Positions 29,586-39,620 of a DNA stretch of 64,000 nt are shown piece by piece (position 1 is the first letter of the stretch; every line of letters begins with the position of its first letter). Below the pieces are notes generated by a model, which saw only the letters and a list, made by a program, of their open reading frames with translations, made no database searches and was not told the origin of the DNA. The position numbers were made by a program, and so were the translations under genes. Source of the DNA: Promethearchaeota archaeon (GTDB lineage Archaea; Asgardarchaeota; Lokiarchaeia; Sigyniarchaeales; SOKP01); contig JAUVXW010000013.1 of the NCBI GenBank assembly GCA_030603385.1, forward strand, positions 1-64,000, given 5' to 3'.

Positions 29586-31448
29586 TTGACTGAAAAAGAA
29601 CAAGAAGCAGTTGTCCGTAAAAGAACGATTAAGTTATCATCGGGAATCCTTTACGGAATTGGATGTGGAATTGGGGGTTCAGTTTTTATATTATTAGGCA
29701 CAGCTATTGGACAAGCACAATCTGGTGTTTTTATTAGCTTAATCTTAGGTGGAATTTTAATTTTCATCACTGCTTTGAATTATAGTGAATTATCAACTAG
29801 TTTACCCGTTTCTGGAGGAGCTTATAACTTTAGTAAGGAAGCATTGGGTGGATTTTTAGCATTTATAATAGGTTTCTTCTTATGGATTGCTAGCATTGCT
29901 ACATTCTCTTTTTCTGCTCAAGCTTTTGTTGTTGTTATTGAAGCCTTTTTTCCATTACCTATAATGAAAAATTTATTCATTCTTATTGCATTATTATCAA
30001 TATTATTTACTACTATAGTTGTTTTTAGAACTCAGATATTAGCACTAAGGACTATAATTTCTTTAACAATTATATTATTAATTATATTTGGTATCTTTAT
30101 CATAACGGGGTTCCTAATTTCTCCAATTACTAATACTTCAAATTTTAATACAGATTTTCTAACCTCGGATACGAATTTTCTTAGTGTAATCCTTATGTTT
30201 TCATTCTTGTTTATTTTTTTTACTAGTATCACTTCAAATTTAGCTTATCTAAATGCTGATCTAAAAAATCCTTCTAAGAATATCCCTAAAGCAAATATTT
30301 TTGCGATACTAATTACACTTCTTATCTATTTATTAATAACAACTGTATCTATGATTAATATTGGTAATAATCCAAATGAATCTCCAATTTTATTAGCTTT
30401 AATCCTAAATGATGTATTAGGATTTTCAGGGTATTTGTTAATGGGTATAGCAGCCACAATCTCGACCTTTATTGCAATGAATGCGGCTTTGGGATCAGCA
30501 GTCGCCGTAATGCATGCATTGGCAAGAGATCACTATGTTTCACAGAAGCTCTTGAAAGTAAATAAAAAAACAAATGCACCTACTTTCATATTAATAATTA
30601 CAACTGGAATTGCCATATTATTTACAATTTTGGCAATACTATTCGCTGATATAGGTTTCACAGCGAATATAACAACTTTTATTTATTTTGTTGGATTAGC
30701 TTTCGTTAATTTTGCTGCTGTTAATCTTAGATACAAGAGAAAAGAATTAGATCGCCCATTTAAAGCTCCATTTTTTCCTTACTTACCATTAATTGTTGGT
30801 TCCAGTTGCCTAGTTTTTGCTTTTGCTTTAAATATTAATGCTATTCTTTTAGGTCTAATTATTTTTATTATTGGGGTTACCTATTATTTATTGACGATTA
30901 CAGATCGACATTCAATAGTCTTTACGTTAGCAGGCTTGAAATTTTTTGCGCTTGTTCTTGTCGGTATTTTTATTTGGATCATAAATAATTTAGGTACAAT
31001 ATATTCTCCCATTTTTTCTTTTATACTGCTCCGTATCTTAATATTTATTTGCATTTTTTCAATTGGTACGATTTTCTTTGATATATTTCCACTCAAAGAA
31101 TTAGTTTATTATTTTATAAAAAAAGTAAACAAAAAGGAAGTAGCAATTGATATTGGAATTGGTACTATAATAGAGTTGAAAAAAGCTAAGGCGAAAAGCA
31201 TCTATTATATTAATATAATGATTAGTATTATTCAAATAGCATCTTCATTTTTTATTTTTTCTTTAATCACATTATTTACTTCAGACATTATTTCAATAGA
31301 AAATATCATCATTGGCAGTACCCTAATTTCACAAAAAACAGCCGAATTTCTTTTCATTTCATTTTTATTGTTTTTTGGGACAACATTATTGTTTGGGGGT
31401 ACAATTAGTTTGTATGTAAATCGAGAAACAAAAACCCTTGGAATTTAA
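29586..31448 (+). CDS. APC-superfamily amino acid permease with extra C-terminal TM helices
   Basis: GIGCGIGGSVF, YSELSTSLPVSGGAY, KNPSKNIP, LARD, RPFKAPFFP. Confidence 0.9.
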   Translation: MTEKEQEAVVRKRTIKLSSGILYGIGCGIGGSVFILLGTAIGQAQSGVFISLILGGILIFITALNYSELSTSLPVSGGAYNFSKEALGGFLAFIIGFFLWIASIATFSFSAQAFVVVIEAFFPLPIMKNLFILIALLSILFTTIVVFRTQILALRTIISLTIILLIIFGIFIITGFLISPITNTSNFNTDFLTSDTNFLSVILMFSFLFIFFTSITSNLAYLNADLKNPSKNIPKANIFAILITLLIYLLITTVSMINIGNNPNESPILLALILNDVLGFSGYLLMGIAATISTFIAMNAALGSAVAVMHALARDHYVSQKLLKVNKKTNAPTFILIITTGIAILFTILAILFADIGFTANITTFIYFVGLAFVNFAAVNLRYKRKELDRPFKAPFFPYLPLIVGSSCLVFAFALNINAILLGLIIFIIGVTYYLLTITDRHSIVFTLAGLKFFALVLVGIFIWIINNLGTIYSPIFSFILLRILIFICIFSIGTIFFDIFPLKELVYYFIKKVNKKEVAIDIGIGTIIELKKAKAKSIYYINIMISIIQIASSFFIFSLITLFTSDIISIENIIIGSTLISQKTAEFLFISFLLFFGTTLLFGGTISLYVNRETKTLGI

Positions 31449-31486
31449 ATGATTTATTAATTCATTCCACAAAAGAGAAATTATAT

Positions 31487-32254
31487 ATGAAAAAAAATTT
31501 ACCTCGAATTAACCTTCATATTCATTCAAATTTCTCTGACGGAAAAAATAGTATTAGACAAATTGTTGATAGAGCTTTAAAAATGAACCTGGACTTCATT
31601 GCAATAACAGATCATTTTACTGATTCATGGAAGGAATGGGTTTCTAAATTAAAAGATGAGGATAAAATTTCAGAATATTTAGCAGAAATAACGTTATGCC
31701 AAAATTATTTAAGAGATAAAGGAAAAAAATTAACTGTCTTTAAAGGTCTTGAAGTAGATCTCTCGAGTTCTGAACAATTTATTAAAAAGATTAAACCTTA
31801 TAAATTTGACTTGATCTTATTTGAATATCTCCAAGGTATAGAAACTATTGCATTTGTAAAAAACATATTTAACTTCTGGAGAGGAACATCAAGAAATATG
31901 GGCAAATTCCCTATTTTAGGATTAGCACATTTCGATCCTTCCTATTTTATTTATGAAAATCTTGATATTCTAGTTTCATTTCTTAAGGAATATAATATCT
32001 ACTTTGAATTCAACCCAAGTTACCCTAATTTTTATGCGCGTAAAAATCAAATATTCTTCGATAAACTAAGAGAAACTAATATTCCTGTGGCGATAGGATG
32101 TGATTCTCATAGTATAACGAGTTTAAATAATATAGAAGAACCACTTGAAGTAATACGTTATTACAATTTAGAAGATAATCTTCAGATCCTAATAAGAGCC
32201 CTGAAAAATAATTTTAACCTTGATTTCGGTAATAATAGTCAAGGAAAAACTTAA
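31487..32254 (+). CDS. PHP-domain phosphoesterase
   Basis: NLHIHSNFSDG, AITDH, GLEVD, LAHFD, GCDSH. Confidence 0.88.
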   Translation: MKKNLPRINLHIHSNFSDGKNSIRQIVDRALKMNLDFIAITDHFTDSWKEWVSKLKDEDKISEYLAEITLCQNYLRDKGKKLTVFKGLEVDLSSSEQFIKKIKPYKFDLILFEYLQGIETIAFVKNIFNFWRGTSRNMGKFPILGLAHFDPSYFIYENLDILVSFLKEYNIYFEFNPSYPNFYARKNQIFFDKLRETNIPVAIGCDSHSITSLNNIEEPLEVIRYYNLEDNLQILIRALKNNFNLDFGNNSQGKT

Positions 32255-32699
32255 AGGCTTTTTCAAATGAAATATCAATTAAAATCTCATTCTTGTCTTT
32301 AGGATCTGAAAGCATTTCCTTTACCATTTTTTTCCCAATACAAAAGATTTCTTTTACAGCATTTAAACCTTTTCCAATTGGCATATCAGAAATTACGGTA
32401 ATACTACTCTTATTTCTAATTTCCCATTCTCTTAAAGCTTTCAATGCTGTACCTTTCATAGCCAGCTCTGGTATGTTTATAAAATCACAGATAATTTTTG
32501 TTATCCCTCGAATTAACTTTGATTGTACTTCTGAACATGTATCTTTTCTATAATCTTGTTCGATATTCTTAAGAGTTATTTCATCAAAATTTACTGTATA
32601 TGAGAAAATAATCCTCAACTCCTTATTTTCTAAATATGATATCATATAATTGTTATTTAAACTTATATTAAAGCAAAATCCTTTATTTGTAAAGCTCAA
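32214..32699 (-). CDS. Hypothetical protein (start uncertain)
   Basis: 161-codon ORF with protein-like C-terminal half, no recognisable motif. Confidence 0.5.
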   Translation of the reverse strand: MSFTNKGFCFNISLNNNYMISYLENKELRIIFSYTVNFDEITLKNIEQDYRKDTCSEVQSKLIRGITKIICDFINIPELAMKGTALKALREWEIRNKSSITVISDMPIGKGLNAVKEIFCIGKKMVKEMLSDPKDKNEILIDISFEKAFKFFLDYYYRNQG

Positions 32700-32841
32700 A
32701 TGGTCATCTAATATTTCGATCGATTTTTCGTCTATATCAACTTATTTAAACTCCTTTATTTTCATAGTTCTAGCGCGTCTTAAACTTAATATCTAAATTG
32801 ATATATTAATTTCAAAAATCTTTTTAAATCCTCTTTATTTA

Positions 32842-33609
32842 ATGTTTTTTATGAATTTAGAAGAAAAAATTAATCTAGCGGCTAAATGGATAGCTGAATC
32901 AGAAAGATTAGTTGTGTTTACGGGGGCAGGATGTTCAACGGGTAGCGGTATACCAGACTTTCGTGGGCCAGATGGTCTTTGGACTAGAAGAGATAAAGGT
33001 TTAGCGCCTAAAAAACCAAAAGTCCCTTGGGATCAAGCTAAACCGAACCCTAATCATTATGCTATTGCAGAGTTAATGGAAATGGGAAGGTTAAATTATC
33101 TCATTTCTCAAAATATAGATGGATTACACGCTAAATCAGGTATTCCATTTGAAATGCTAGCCGAGCTTCATGGTAACCAATTCTTTATGAAATGCTTATC
33201 GTGCAATAAAAAAATGTTATTTGAGGAAGCAAAATGGGATAAGAAGATTTGGGGTCGAGGATTTAGAAAAGACCCAGTTCGAGAAGATCAGCCAACTTGT
33301 CCCCATTGTGGGGGAAGAATCATTAATAGCATAGTTGATTTTGGAGATCCTTTACCATATGATGAACTTCAAGAATCAATGATACGATCTCAAAATTCAG
33401 ATGTGTTTTTAGTAATTGGATCATCGCTGGTCGTTACGCCAGCCGCTAATATGCCTGGTATTGCCAATCAGAATGGAGCAAAATTGATTATCATAAATAA
33501 AGGTGATACTCCTTATGATATGGTGACAGATATAAAATTTGACGATAAAATTGAAGACGTTCTCCCACCCATAATGGAAAAAGTAAAAGAAATGACAAAA
33601 AGTAGTTAG
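32842..33609 (+). CDS. NAD-dependent deacylase, sirtuin (class IV/SIRT6-7-like), copy 1
   Basis: FTGAGCSTGSGIPDFRGPDGLWT, SQNIDGLH, AELHGN, two CxxC, GSSLVVTPAA; start may be ATG 32851. Confidence 0.92.
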   Translation: MFFMNLEEKINLAAKWIAESERLVVFTGAGCSTGSGIPDFRGPDGLWTRRDKGLAPKKPKVPWDQAKPNPNHYAIAELMEMGRLNYLISQNIDGLHAKSGIPFEMLAELHGNQFFMKCLSCNKKMLFEEAKWDKKIWGRGFRKDPVREDQPTCPHCGGRIINSIVDFGDPLPYDELQESMIRSQNSDVFLVIGSSLVVTPAANMPGIANQNGAKLIIINKGDTPYDMVTDIKFDDKIEDVLPPIMEKVKEMTKSS

Positions 33610-33706
33610 CGTATTTTTTTACTATTTATTTATTACTATAATATTTCTTAATTTCATTACGACATGGTAATTATCTTTTTATAATCAAGATCGTTATTTT
33701 TATAAT

Positions 33707-34462
33707 ATGGACTTAAAAGATAAAATTGATCTAGCGGCTAAATGGATAGCTGAGTCTAAAAGATTAGTTGTGTTTACCGGTGCAGGAATCTCCACTGAAA
33801 GTGGTATACCTGATTTTCGAGGACCTGATGGATTGTGGACGAGAAGAGATAAAGGACTTCCTCCTCCTAAGAGCCCTCCCTGGGATCAGGTAAAACCAAA
33901 CCCTGGACATTATGCAATTGTTGAATTATTAAAAATGGGTAAATTGGATTATCTTATATCTCAAAATGTTGATGGTTTACATGCTAAATCTGGAGTTTCA
34001 TTTGAAAAATTAGCCGAACTTCATGGAAATATGTATTTCATGAAATGTTTAAGTTGCGGTAAGAAAATGTTGTTTGAAGAAGTTGGTTGGGATCAAGAAA
34101 CTTGGGGGAAAGGATATAGGTCCAGCCCAGTCAAGAAAGGACAGCCACCGTGTCCCAATTGTGGGGAACGAGTTATTAATAGCATAGTCAATTTTGGTGA
34201 TCCGTTACCAGAAGATGATTTATCTGAATCCATAAGAAGATCTGAAAGAAGCGATGTTTTTTTTGTAGTAGGCTCCTCACTTGTGGTTGTCCCTGCTGCT
34301 AATATGCCATTATATGCAAAACAGCATGGTGCGAAATTAATAATTTTGAATAAGGGAGAGACTCCTTATGATGGAATAGCTGATTTAAGGTTTTCTGATC
34401 AAATCGGAGATGTGTTACCACCTATAGTTGAGAAAGTAAAACGATTGATGAATGTAGAATAA
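33707..34462 (+). CDS. NAD-dependent deacylase, sirtuin (class IV/SIRT6-7-like), copy 2
   Basis: FTGAGISTESGIPDFRGPDGLWT, SQNVDGLH, LAELHGNMY, two CxxC, GSSLVVVPAA. Confidence 0.93.
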   Translation: MDLKDKIDLAAKWIAESKRLVVFTGAGISTESGIPDFRGPDGLWTRRDKGLPPPKSPPWDQVKPNPGHYAIVELLKMGKLDYLISQNVDGLHAKSGVSFEKLAELHGNMYFMKCLSCGKKMLFEEVGWDQETWGKGYRSSPVKKGQPPCPNCGERVINSIVNFGDPLPEDDLSESIRRSERSDVFFVVGSSLVVVPAANMPLYAKQHGAKLIILNKGETPYDGIADLRFSDQIGDVLPPIVEKVKRLMNVE

Positions 34463-34491
34463 TATCATTGAATCAAATTAATTTTTAACTT

Positions 34492-36201
34492 TTATTTTTT
34501 CCTTGCATAGATCTCTTTATTTCTATCAATTTCTTTAAGAATTTTTCTTCCTTCTTTATTAAATAATGATAGATTTATTTCACTTTTTCTACTTAATGAA
34601 CCTGTAAAAATTTCTTCTTGATTAGCAAATATTATTATATTCTGACTTGCATACAACGGCGCAGCTCTTAAGATAATTCTATCTTTCCCTACTTCAAGGT
34701 CAAGATTAATCCTTTCCTTTTTTGATTTACCGGTTCGATAAGTGGATAGATTAGTATATTGATCTGATCTAAATTTTGATTTTTTAGGTGCTATTGGATT
34801 AATTACAATATCTTGTCCAAATGAATAAATTTCGAACTCTAATTTACGTGTTTTATAATCTCGTACTTCAACTACCGGACGAGCTAAATCTTTATCTCTA
34901 AATCCTGATGGAACTTTAACTGTCATTTTTATAACTAATACTGCAGAAATGTCACCACCCTCTATGAAGATTATTGTATCTATTATTGAAGGCAACATAC
35001 CAAGTTCTATTCGACCCATAAACCTTTGGAGTGCATCTATTGCAGAAGAGGAGTGAACAACACCAACCATTCCTACACCAGACAAACGAAAATCAGCATA
35101 TACTTCGAAATCTTTGGTAGTTCTTACCTCATCAAAAATTGTAAAGTCTGGTCTAACGAGTAGGAGAATATCAGCAGAATTTTCAAGACTTCCTTCTAAT
35201 TTTGTATATTGAGTAATTTCTGGGCTTACCTGTAAATCTCTCACACTTTCTAATGTTTTTACTACTTTATTTTGACTTAAATAAAAGTTTGCTAATGCGG
35301 CGCAAAATGTACTTTTTCCTGCTCCGGGAGATCCACATACTAAAATACCTTCTGCTGTTTCTAACCTGTTTTGTAATTTCGCATCAATTGAATAGTCAGA
35401 TAGCTTCAAACTCACAAGTGGTCGAACTGCGGTAATCTCAACATCATTAGAAAAGGGAGGTCTTGTAATAACTATTCTAAATTCTCTTAGTTGAGCAACT
35501 ACCGCTCCAATTTTCTCAATCTCAATAAAAGAGTGATCGTCTTCCCTTACATTCTCAATTACTTCAAGAGCAATATCTTCAATGAGCTTAGGTGTAATCA
35601 CTTCATTATCAATTTTTTCTAATCGCCAATTTCCGGGTGATCCTCTCTTCGCATAGGCAGGTAGATTCCTTTTGAGATGTACACTCATTGTCTTATCGTC
35701 AAAATAATCTAATAGTTTAAGAGAGAGAGCTTCTTTTGTTTTATGGATCCCTCTTTCTTTTACATAAAAAACATCTAACCCTTCAAAAATCCCTACATCA
35801 CCCTGAATTCTATCAGCAGTTATTAATACAGCGTTGTTTTTCAGTGTGGTTTCCCTTATCAGAGCATCAAGTTCTCCTCCTGGTGCCATTTTTATTTCTT
35901 CTCTAGTAGGACGTTTTCCTACTATTTCCAACTTTATTTTATTTTCTGCATTTAATTCACGTAATGATTTTAGAACATTTAAGCCAAAGAATCCAATTTC
36001 TTTATGGATATTTGTCCTATATTCAATTTCAGCAATAACAATGTTGGGAATTAAAATTTCTGGTTCTTCCCCTAACTCTCCATCTTCAATTAAATCAAGG
36101 ATTAAACCGTTAAATATTACAGACGTGTCACAAACGAATTTATCTGATCGCTCCTTAACCAAACCCTCCCCGGGCGTTAATTTCCTTATATTATTCACCA
36201 T
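34492..36201 (-). CDS. PIN domain-VirB11-like ATPase (PINA)
   Basis: N-terminal PIN (DTSV, ELDALIR, LITAD), MSVHLK, GSPGAGKST, LLVRPDFTIFDEVR, GVGMVGVVH, RPVVEV. Confidence 0.9.
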   Translation of the reverse strand: MVNNIRKLTPGEGLVKERSDKFVCDTSVIFNGLILDLIEDGELGEEPEILIPNIVIAEIEYRTNIHKEIGFFGLNVLKSLRELNAENKIKLEIVGKRPTREEIKMAPGGELDALIRETTLKNNAVLITADRIQGDVGIFEGLDVFYVKERGIHKTKEALSLKLLDYFDDKTMSVHLKRNLPAYAKRGSPGNWRLEKIDNEVITPKLIEDIALEVIENVREDDHSFIEIEKIGAVVAQLREFRIVITRPPFSNDVEITAVRPLVSLKLSDYSIDAKLQNRLETAEGILVCGSPGAGKSTFCAALANFYLSQNKVVKTLESVRDLQVSPEITQYTKLEGSLENSADILLLVRPDFTIFDEVRTTKDFEVYADFRLSGVGMVGVVHSSSAIDALQRFMGRIELGMLPSIIDTIIFIEGGDISAVLVIKMTVKVPSGFRDKDLARPVVEVRDYKTRKLEFEIYSFGQDIVINPIAPKKSKFRSDQYTNLSTYRTGKSKKERINLDLEVGKDRIILRAAPLYASQNIIIFANQEEIFTGSLSRKSEINLSLFNKEGRKILKEIDRNKEIYARKK

Positions 36202-36793
36202 TCTTTTCTTTGTTTAAAATTTGAAATTTCTTAACACTGTAATATATCGGCTTGCTTAAGCGATCTACTGTTGCTACGATTAAGTCTTTACGAGAACTTA
36301 AAGCTACTCGAGACATTTTATCCAAGTCTCTTAGCTCTATAGGGGCACCTTCAAATACGGGGAATATTAAAAATTTTGCAGTATCCTTTTCAAAATCAGC
36401 CCCTCTCTTATAAACACGAAATTCTATTCCATTTCCATACCCTGTTCTTACGATATACCCCCGTTTTCTTAAGTCCATGTATATAATGTATTTATGCCAT
36501 AAGCGTTCGTCAAACTGAGTGAAATAAATCAATAAACTTTCAAAATCGTGCAATCCTTTATTCTTATCATTATCTTCCCATAATAGTATTCTATTTCTTT
36601 CACTTAGGAGTAATATTTCAATAGCATTAAAAACTAAAATGTCTTGTTTATCACTATTTTGCTCAATAGTTCCAATATAAGAAGTATTATAAAATTCTTC
36701 TAATCCTTTACTATCACTGATAATAACTTTATCCTTTTTGATTATTCCCTCTAACTGAATCTTTTCAGTTTTCTCATTTGATTCTTCAGTCAT
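36191..36793 (-). CDS. endA: tRNA splicing endonuclease subunit, probably the structural subunit (catalytic His absent)
   Basis: YMDLRKRGYIVRTG, FRVYKRG, RVALSSRKDLIVATVD..PIYY. Confidence 0.85.
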   Translation of the reverse strand: MTEESNEKTEKIQLEGIIKKDKVIISDSKGLEEFYNTSYIGTIEQNSDKQDILVFNAIEILLLSERNRILLWEDNDKNKGLHDFESLLIYFTQFDERLWHKYIIYMDLRKRGYIVRTGYGNGIEFRVYKRGADFEKDTAKFLIFPVFEGAPIELRDLDKMSRVALSSRKDLIVATVDRLSKPIYYSVKKFQILNKEKNGE

Positions 36794-36990
36794 GTAATAT
36801 TAATAAAAAATTCATAATAATTAATGAATTTAACCCTTCTCTTCTTAATTTTAAAAAACAAGAAAAAAAGTAAAATGATTCATAAAAATAATTATCCCGT
36901 TTGTATTTATTTTTATTTAAGATAAGATTATAAATTTGAGTGAGTATCTATTAATCATTCATTTCACATAAATAATGTTTACAGTTTGTT

Positions 36991-37560
36991 ATGAAGGAAC
37001 TACTAAATAAAATATTAGATAAATTAAAGGATTCTTCAAAAATCGCTTTCATGGGCATAGGGGAAGAGAAATTAGCTGATGATGCAGTTGGAATTTACAT
37101 AATCAGCGAGTTATTAAAATATTCAAATGATAAATTCTTGTTTATTAATGCGGGTATTGATCCTATGAGTAGAATTGATGAGATTATAGATTTTCAATCA
37201 TCTCATCTTGTTCTTTTAGATACTTGCACTCTAGATAAACCACCAGGAACTATTGCAATAATAGAGCGTGAAAACATTCATGAATACGTTCCAATTTCAT
37301 CACATACGATTCCAATTCATATTGTAATTGATTTACTAGCTGAGAAATTACCAGATATAAATGTCTTTATGATCGGATTTGTACCTGAAAGTCTTGAGGG
37401 ATTCACTCAATTAAAGCTATATAAAGAAAATGAGTTCTCTTTTGAAGAAAGGAGTGAGAATGAGGATCTACCTTTTTTTGATTTTAATCTAACAGATACT
37501 ATTCAAAAAGCAGCAGAAAGCGTAATAAAGATTTTAAAGGATATAATTACCATATTGTAG
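36991..37560 (+). CDS. Hydrogenase maturation protease (HycI-like)
   Basis: GIGEEKLADDAVG, AGIDP, VLLD, PGTI, SSHTIP. Confidence 0.85.
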   Translation: MKELLNKILDKLKDSSKIAFMGIGEEKLADDAVGIYIISELLKYSNDKFLFINAGIDPMSRIDEIIDFQSSHLVLLDTCTLDKPPGTIAIIERENIHEYVPISSHTIPIHIVIDLLAEKLPDINVFMIGFVPESLEGFTQLKLYKENEFSFEERSENEDLPFFDFNLTDTIQKAAESVIKILKDIITIL

Positions 37561-37563
37561 TTT

Positions 37564-37752
37564 TTATTTTCCTTCCTCAGAAAGTTTCGAAATAAAATTC
37601 ATAATTATTTCTATAACTTTGGTTACATGTGCCTGTTCATCATGATTTAACTTATCTTTTAATTCTTCAAGAAATTCTATGACCTCATCAGCTTTTCTTA
37701 TTTTTCTCAAATAATCAGAACCTTCTTTATTAAGTGACCCTCCCCATACCAT
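37564..37752 (-). CDS. Small hypothetical helical protein
   Basis: MVWGGSLNKEGSDYLRKIRKADEVIEFL..., coding-like composition. Confidence 0.6.
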   Translation of the reverse strand: MVWGGSLNKEGSDYLRKIRKADEVIEFLEELKDKLNHDEQAHVTKVIEIIMNFISKLSEEGK

Positions 37753-38106
37753 TATATACACTATATTTCAATAATTAATTAAATTAATATGAAAAATGAA
37801 CATTATGAGTTTAAATAATTCATGAATACTTAACTAATTAGTCATTCATCTAATTAAATAATCTTTCATTTATAGTTTTTTTATAAAAAATAGTCTAAAA
37901 TCGAAATTTTAATGACTCTATAAACCAAGTTTTGTCTGAAAACATTTATTTTAGGTCAATTCTGAAAAAATGATATGTTGAAAATCAAACTAACACTTTC
38001 TATGAAATTATAACAATTCTATCTCATAATTGCTATCTCAACTTAAGATTTTAATAAAAATTACATGAATTTTTAATAATATCTTTTTGAATTTAATACT
38101 TCTGAT

Positions 38107-38161
38107 AGTGTGTTTTCATGTAATAATTTTATAAATGAATTTTTGATAAAAATAACTAATC
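38107..38161 (+). promoter_or_regulatory. Conserved promoter block shared with the second NMO paralog
   Basis: AGTGTGTTTTCATGTAA, TTTATAAA and TTTTGATAAAAATAACTAATC recur at 39505-39560. Confidence 0.7.
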
Positions 38162-38228
38162 GTTTAATTTAATAATTAAAGATTTATTTTATTAGAATTT
38201 GAACTGTTTTAAAATAGAGTGATTCGCT

Positions 38229-39281
38229 ATGGTAATAGAAACAAATATTACAAGTATGTTAGGGATTAAACATCCAATTCTAAGTGCTCCAATGGGACCT
38301 TTCTATACTACTAAATTAACAGTTGCCGTATCAGAAGCGGGAGGGTTAGGTGTTTTAAGCCATGTTACTATACATGGAACTGTAACTATAGATGAAATGA
38401 AAAAAAGTATGGAATATGTTGTAGAACATACTGATAAACCTTTTGGATTTAATATAAGAACAGCTAGATTGCAACCAGATGCTATAAAACTTTGCAGACA
38501 ACTTCCGAGATTTATTATGGAGAATCCAAAAATAAAAGAACAATGTGTTTATTTAATTACAAGTGCGGGTTCTCCAAGATTGATATATAATAAACACTTT
38601 GAAAAATTAAAAGAAAGTGGTTCAAACATCAAACATTTCCATGTCGCACCTTCATTATATCTCGCTGAAAAATTGTTAAATAGTGGTGTCGATGGGCTGG
38701 TTATTACTGGAACTGAAGGTGGTGGGCATCAATCATATGAAAACATAAGTACATTGGTGCTATTACAACAAATAAGAAAACATATACCAGAAGTTCCTAT
38801 TATCGCCTCAGGGGGTTATGCTACTGGTGAAGGGTTAGCTTCTGCTTTATCTATGGGAGTGGGAGCTATTGCTATGGGTTCTAGATTTATTTCTTCTAAA
38901 GAATGTGAATTTCACGAAAATTATAAAAAAATGGTTGTTGAATCAACTGCTTCAGATACTGAGCTAATAACCGGGATTTTTGGACGCGCCAGGGTTTGGA
39001 AAAATAAAATGTCTGAAAAGCATAGCCTTGTTGAAAGTAAAGAAGAAAAGCAAGCTGAGGAGACTTCAATGTCAAAAATAGAAAGAGAGTTAGCTGATCT
39101 AGAAAAAACTTATGAAGGAAACATTGAGGAAGGTATAGCTTATTTAGGTCAAAGTGTCGAACTCATCGACAGCGTAGAATATGTGTCTGATATAATAAAA
39201 ACTATTGTAAATGATGCTGAAAAGTGTTTAACAGCTGCTTTTAACAACATCAGAAAAATTCCAATTGAACAAATTGCTTAA
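38229..39281 (+). CDS. Nitronate monooxygenase / FabK-like FMN oxidoreductase, copy 1
   Basis: LGIKHPILSAPMG, AVSEAGGLG, KPFGFN, EGGGH, IIASGG, AMGSRF. Confidence 0.9.
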   Translation: MVIETNITSMLGIKHPILSAPMGPFYTTKLTVAVSEAGGLGVLSHVTIHGTVTIDEMKKSMEYVVEHTDKPFGFNIRTARLQPDAIKLCRQLPRFIMENPKIKEQCVYLITSAGSPRLIYNKHFEKLKESGSNIKHFHVAPSLYLAEKLLNSGVDGLVITGTEGGGHQSYENISTLVLLQQIRKHIPEVPIIASGGYATGEGLASALSMGVGAIAMGSRFISSKECEFHENYKKMVVESTASDTELITGIFGRARVWKNKMSEKHSLVESKEEKQAEETSMSKIERELADLEKTYEGNIEEGIAYLGQSVELIDSVEYVSDIIKTIVNDAEKCLTAAFNNIRKIPIEQIA

Positions 39282-39504
39282 ATTAGATTCTAATTATTCA
39301 AATTTTTTATTATTACAAATAACTGTCTTTTCCCCTCTGGGATATACACAACCTGAAATCCTTGAAACATAAGGTGTTCCATTATATCAGCTCAAGATGA
39401 AAATAAAGGGGAATCAATGAAAAACTTTAGAAATTGAAAGTATATGGAGATTAAATGATCTTAAGAAATTTTTATAATATCTCAAATATTTCAATAATTG
39501 TTAA

Positions 39505-39560
39505 AGTGTGTTTTCATGTAAAAACTTTATAAAATAAACTTTTGATAAAAATAACTAATC
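39505..39560 (+). promoter_or_regulatory. Conserved promoter block shared with the first NMO paralog
   Basis: Same AGTGTGTTTTCATGTAA / TATA / TTTTGATAAAAATAACTAATC blocks as 38107-38161. Confidence 0.7.
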
Positions 39561-39620
39561 ATTTGATTTTATTTAAAGTTTTAATCTATTAAATTTTCGC
39601 AATAAGAAATGTGATCGAGA

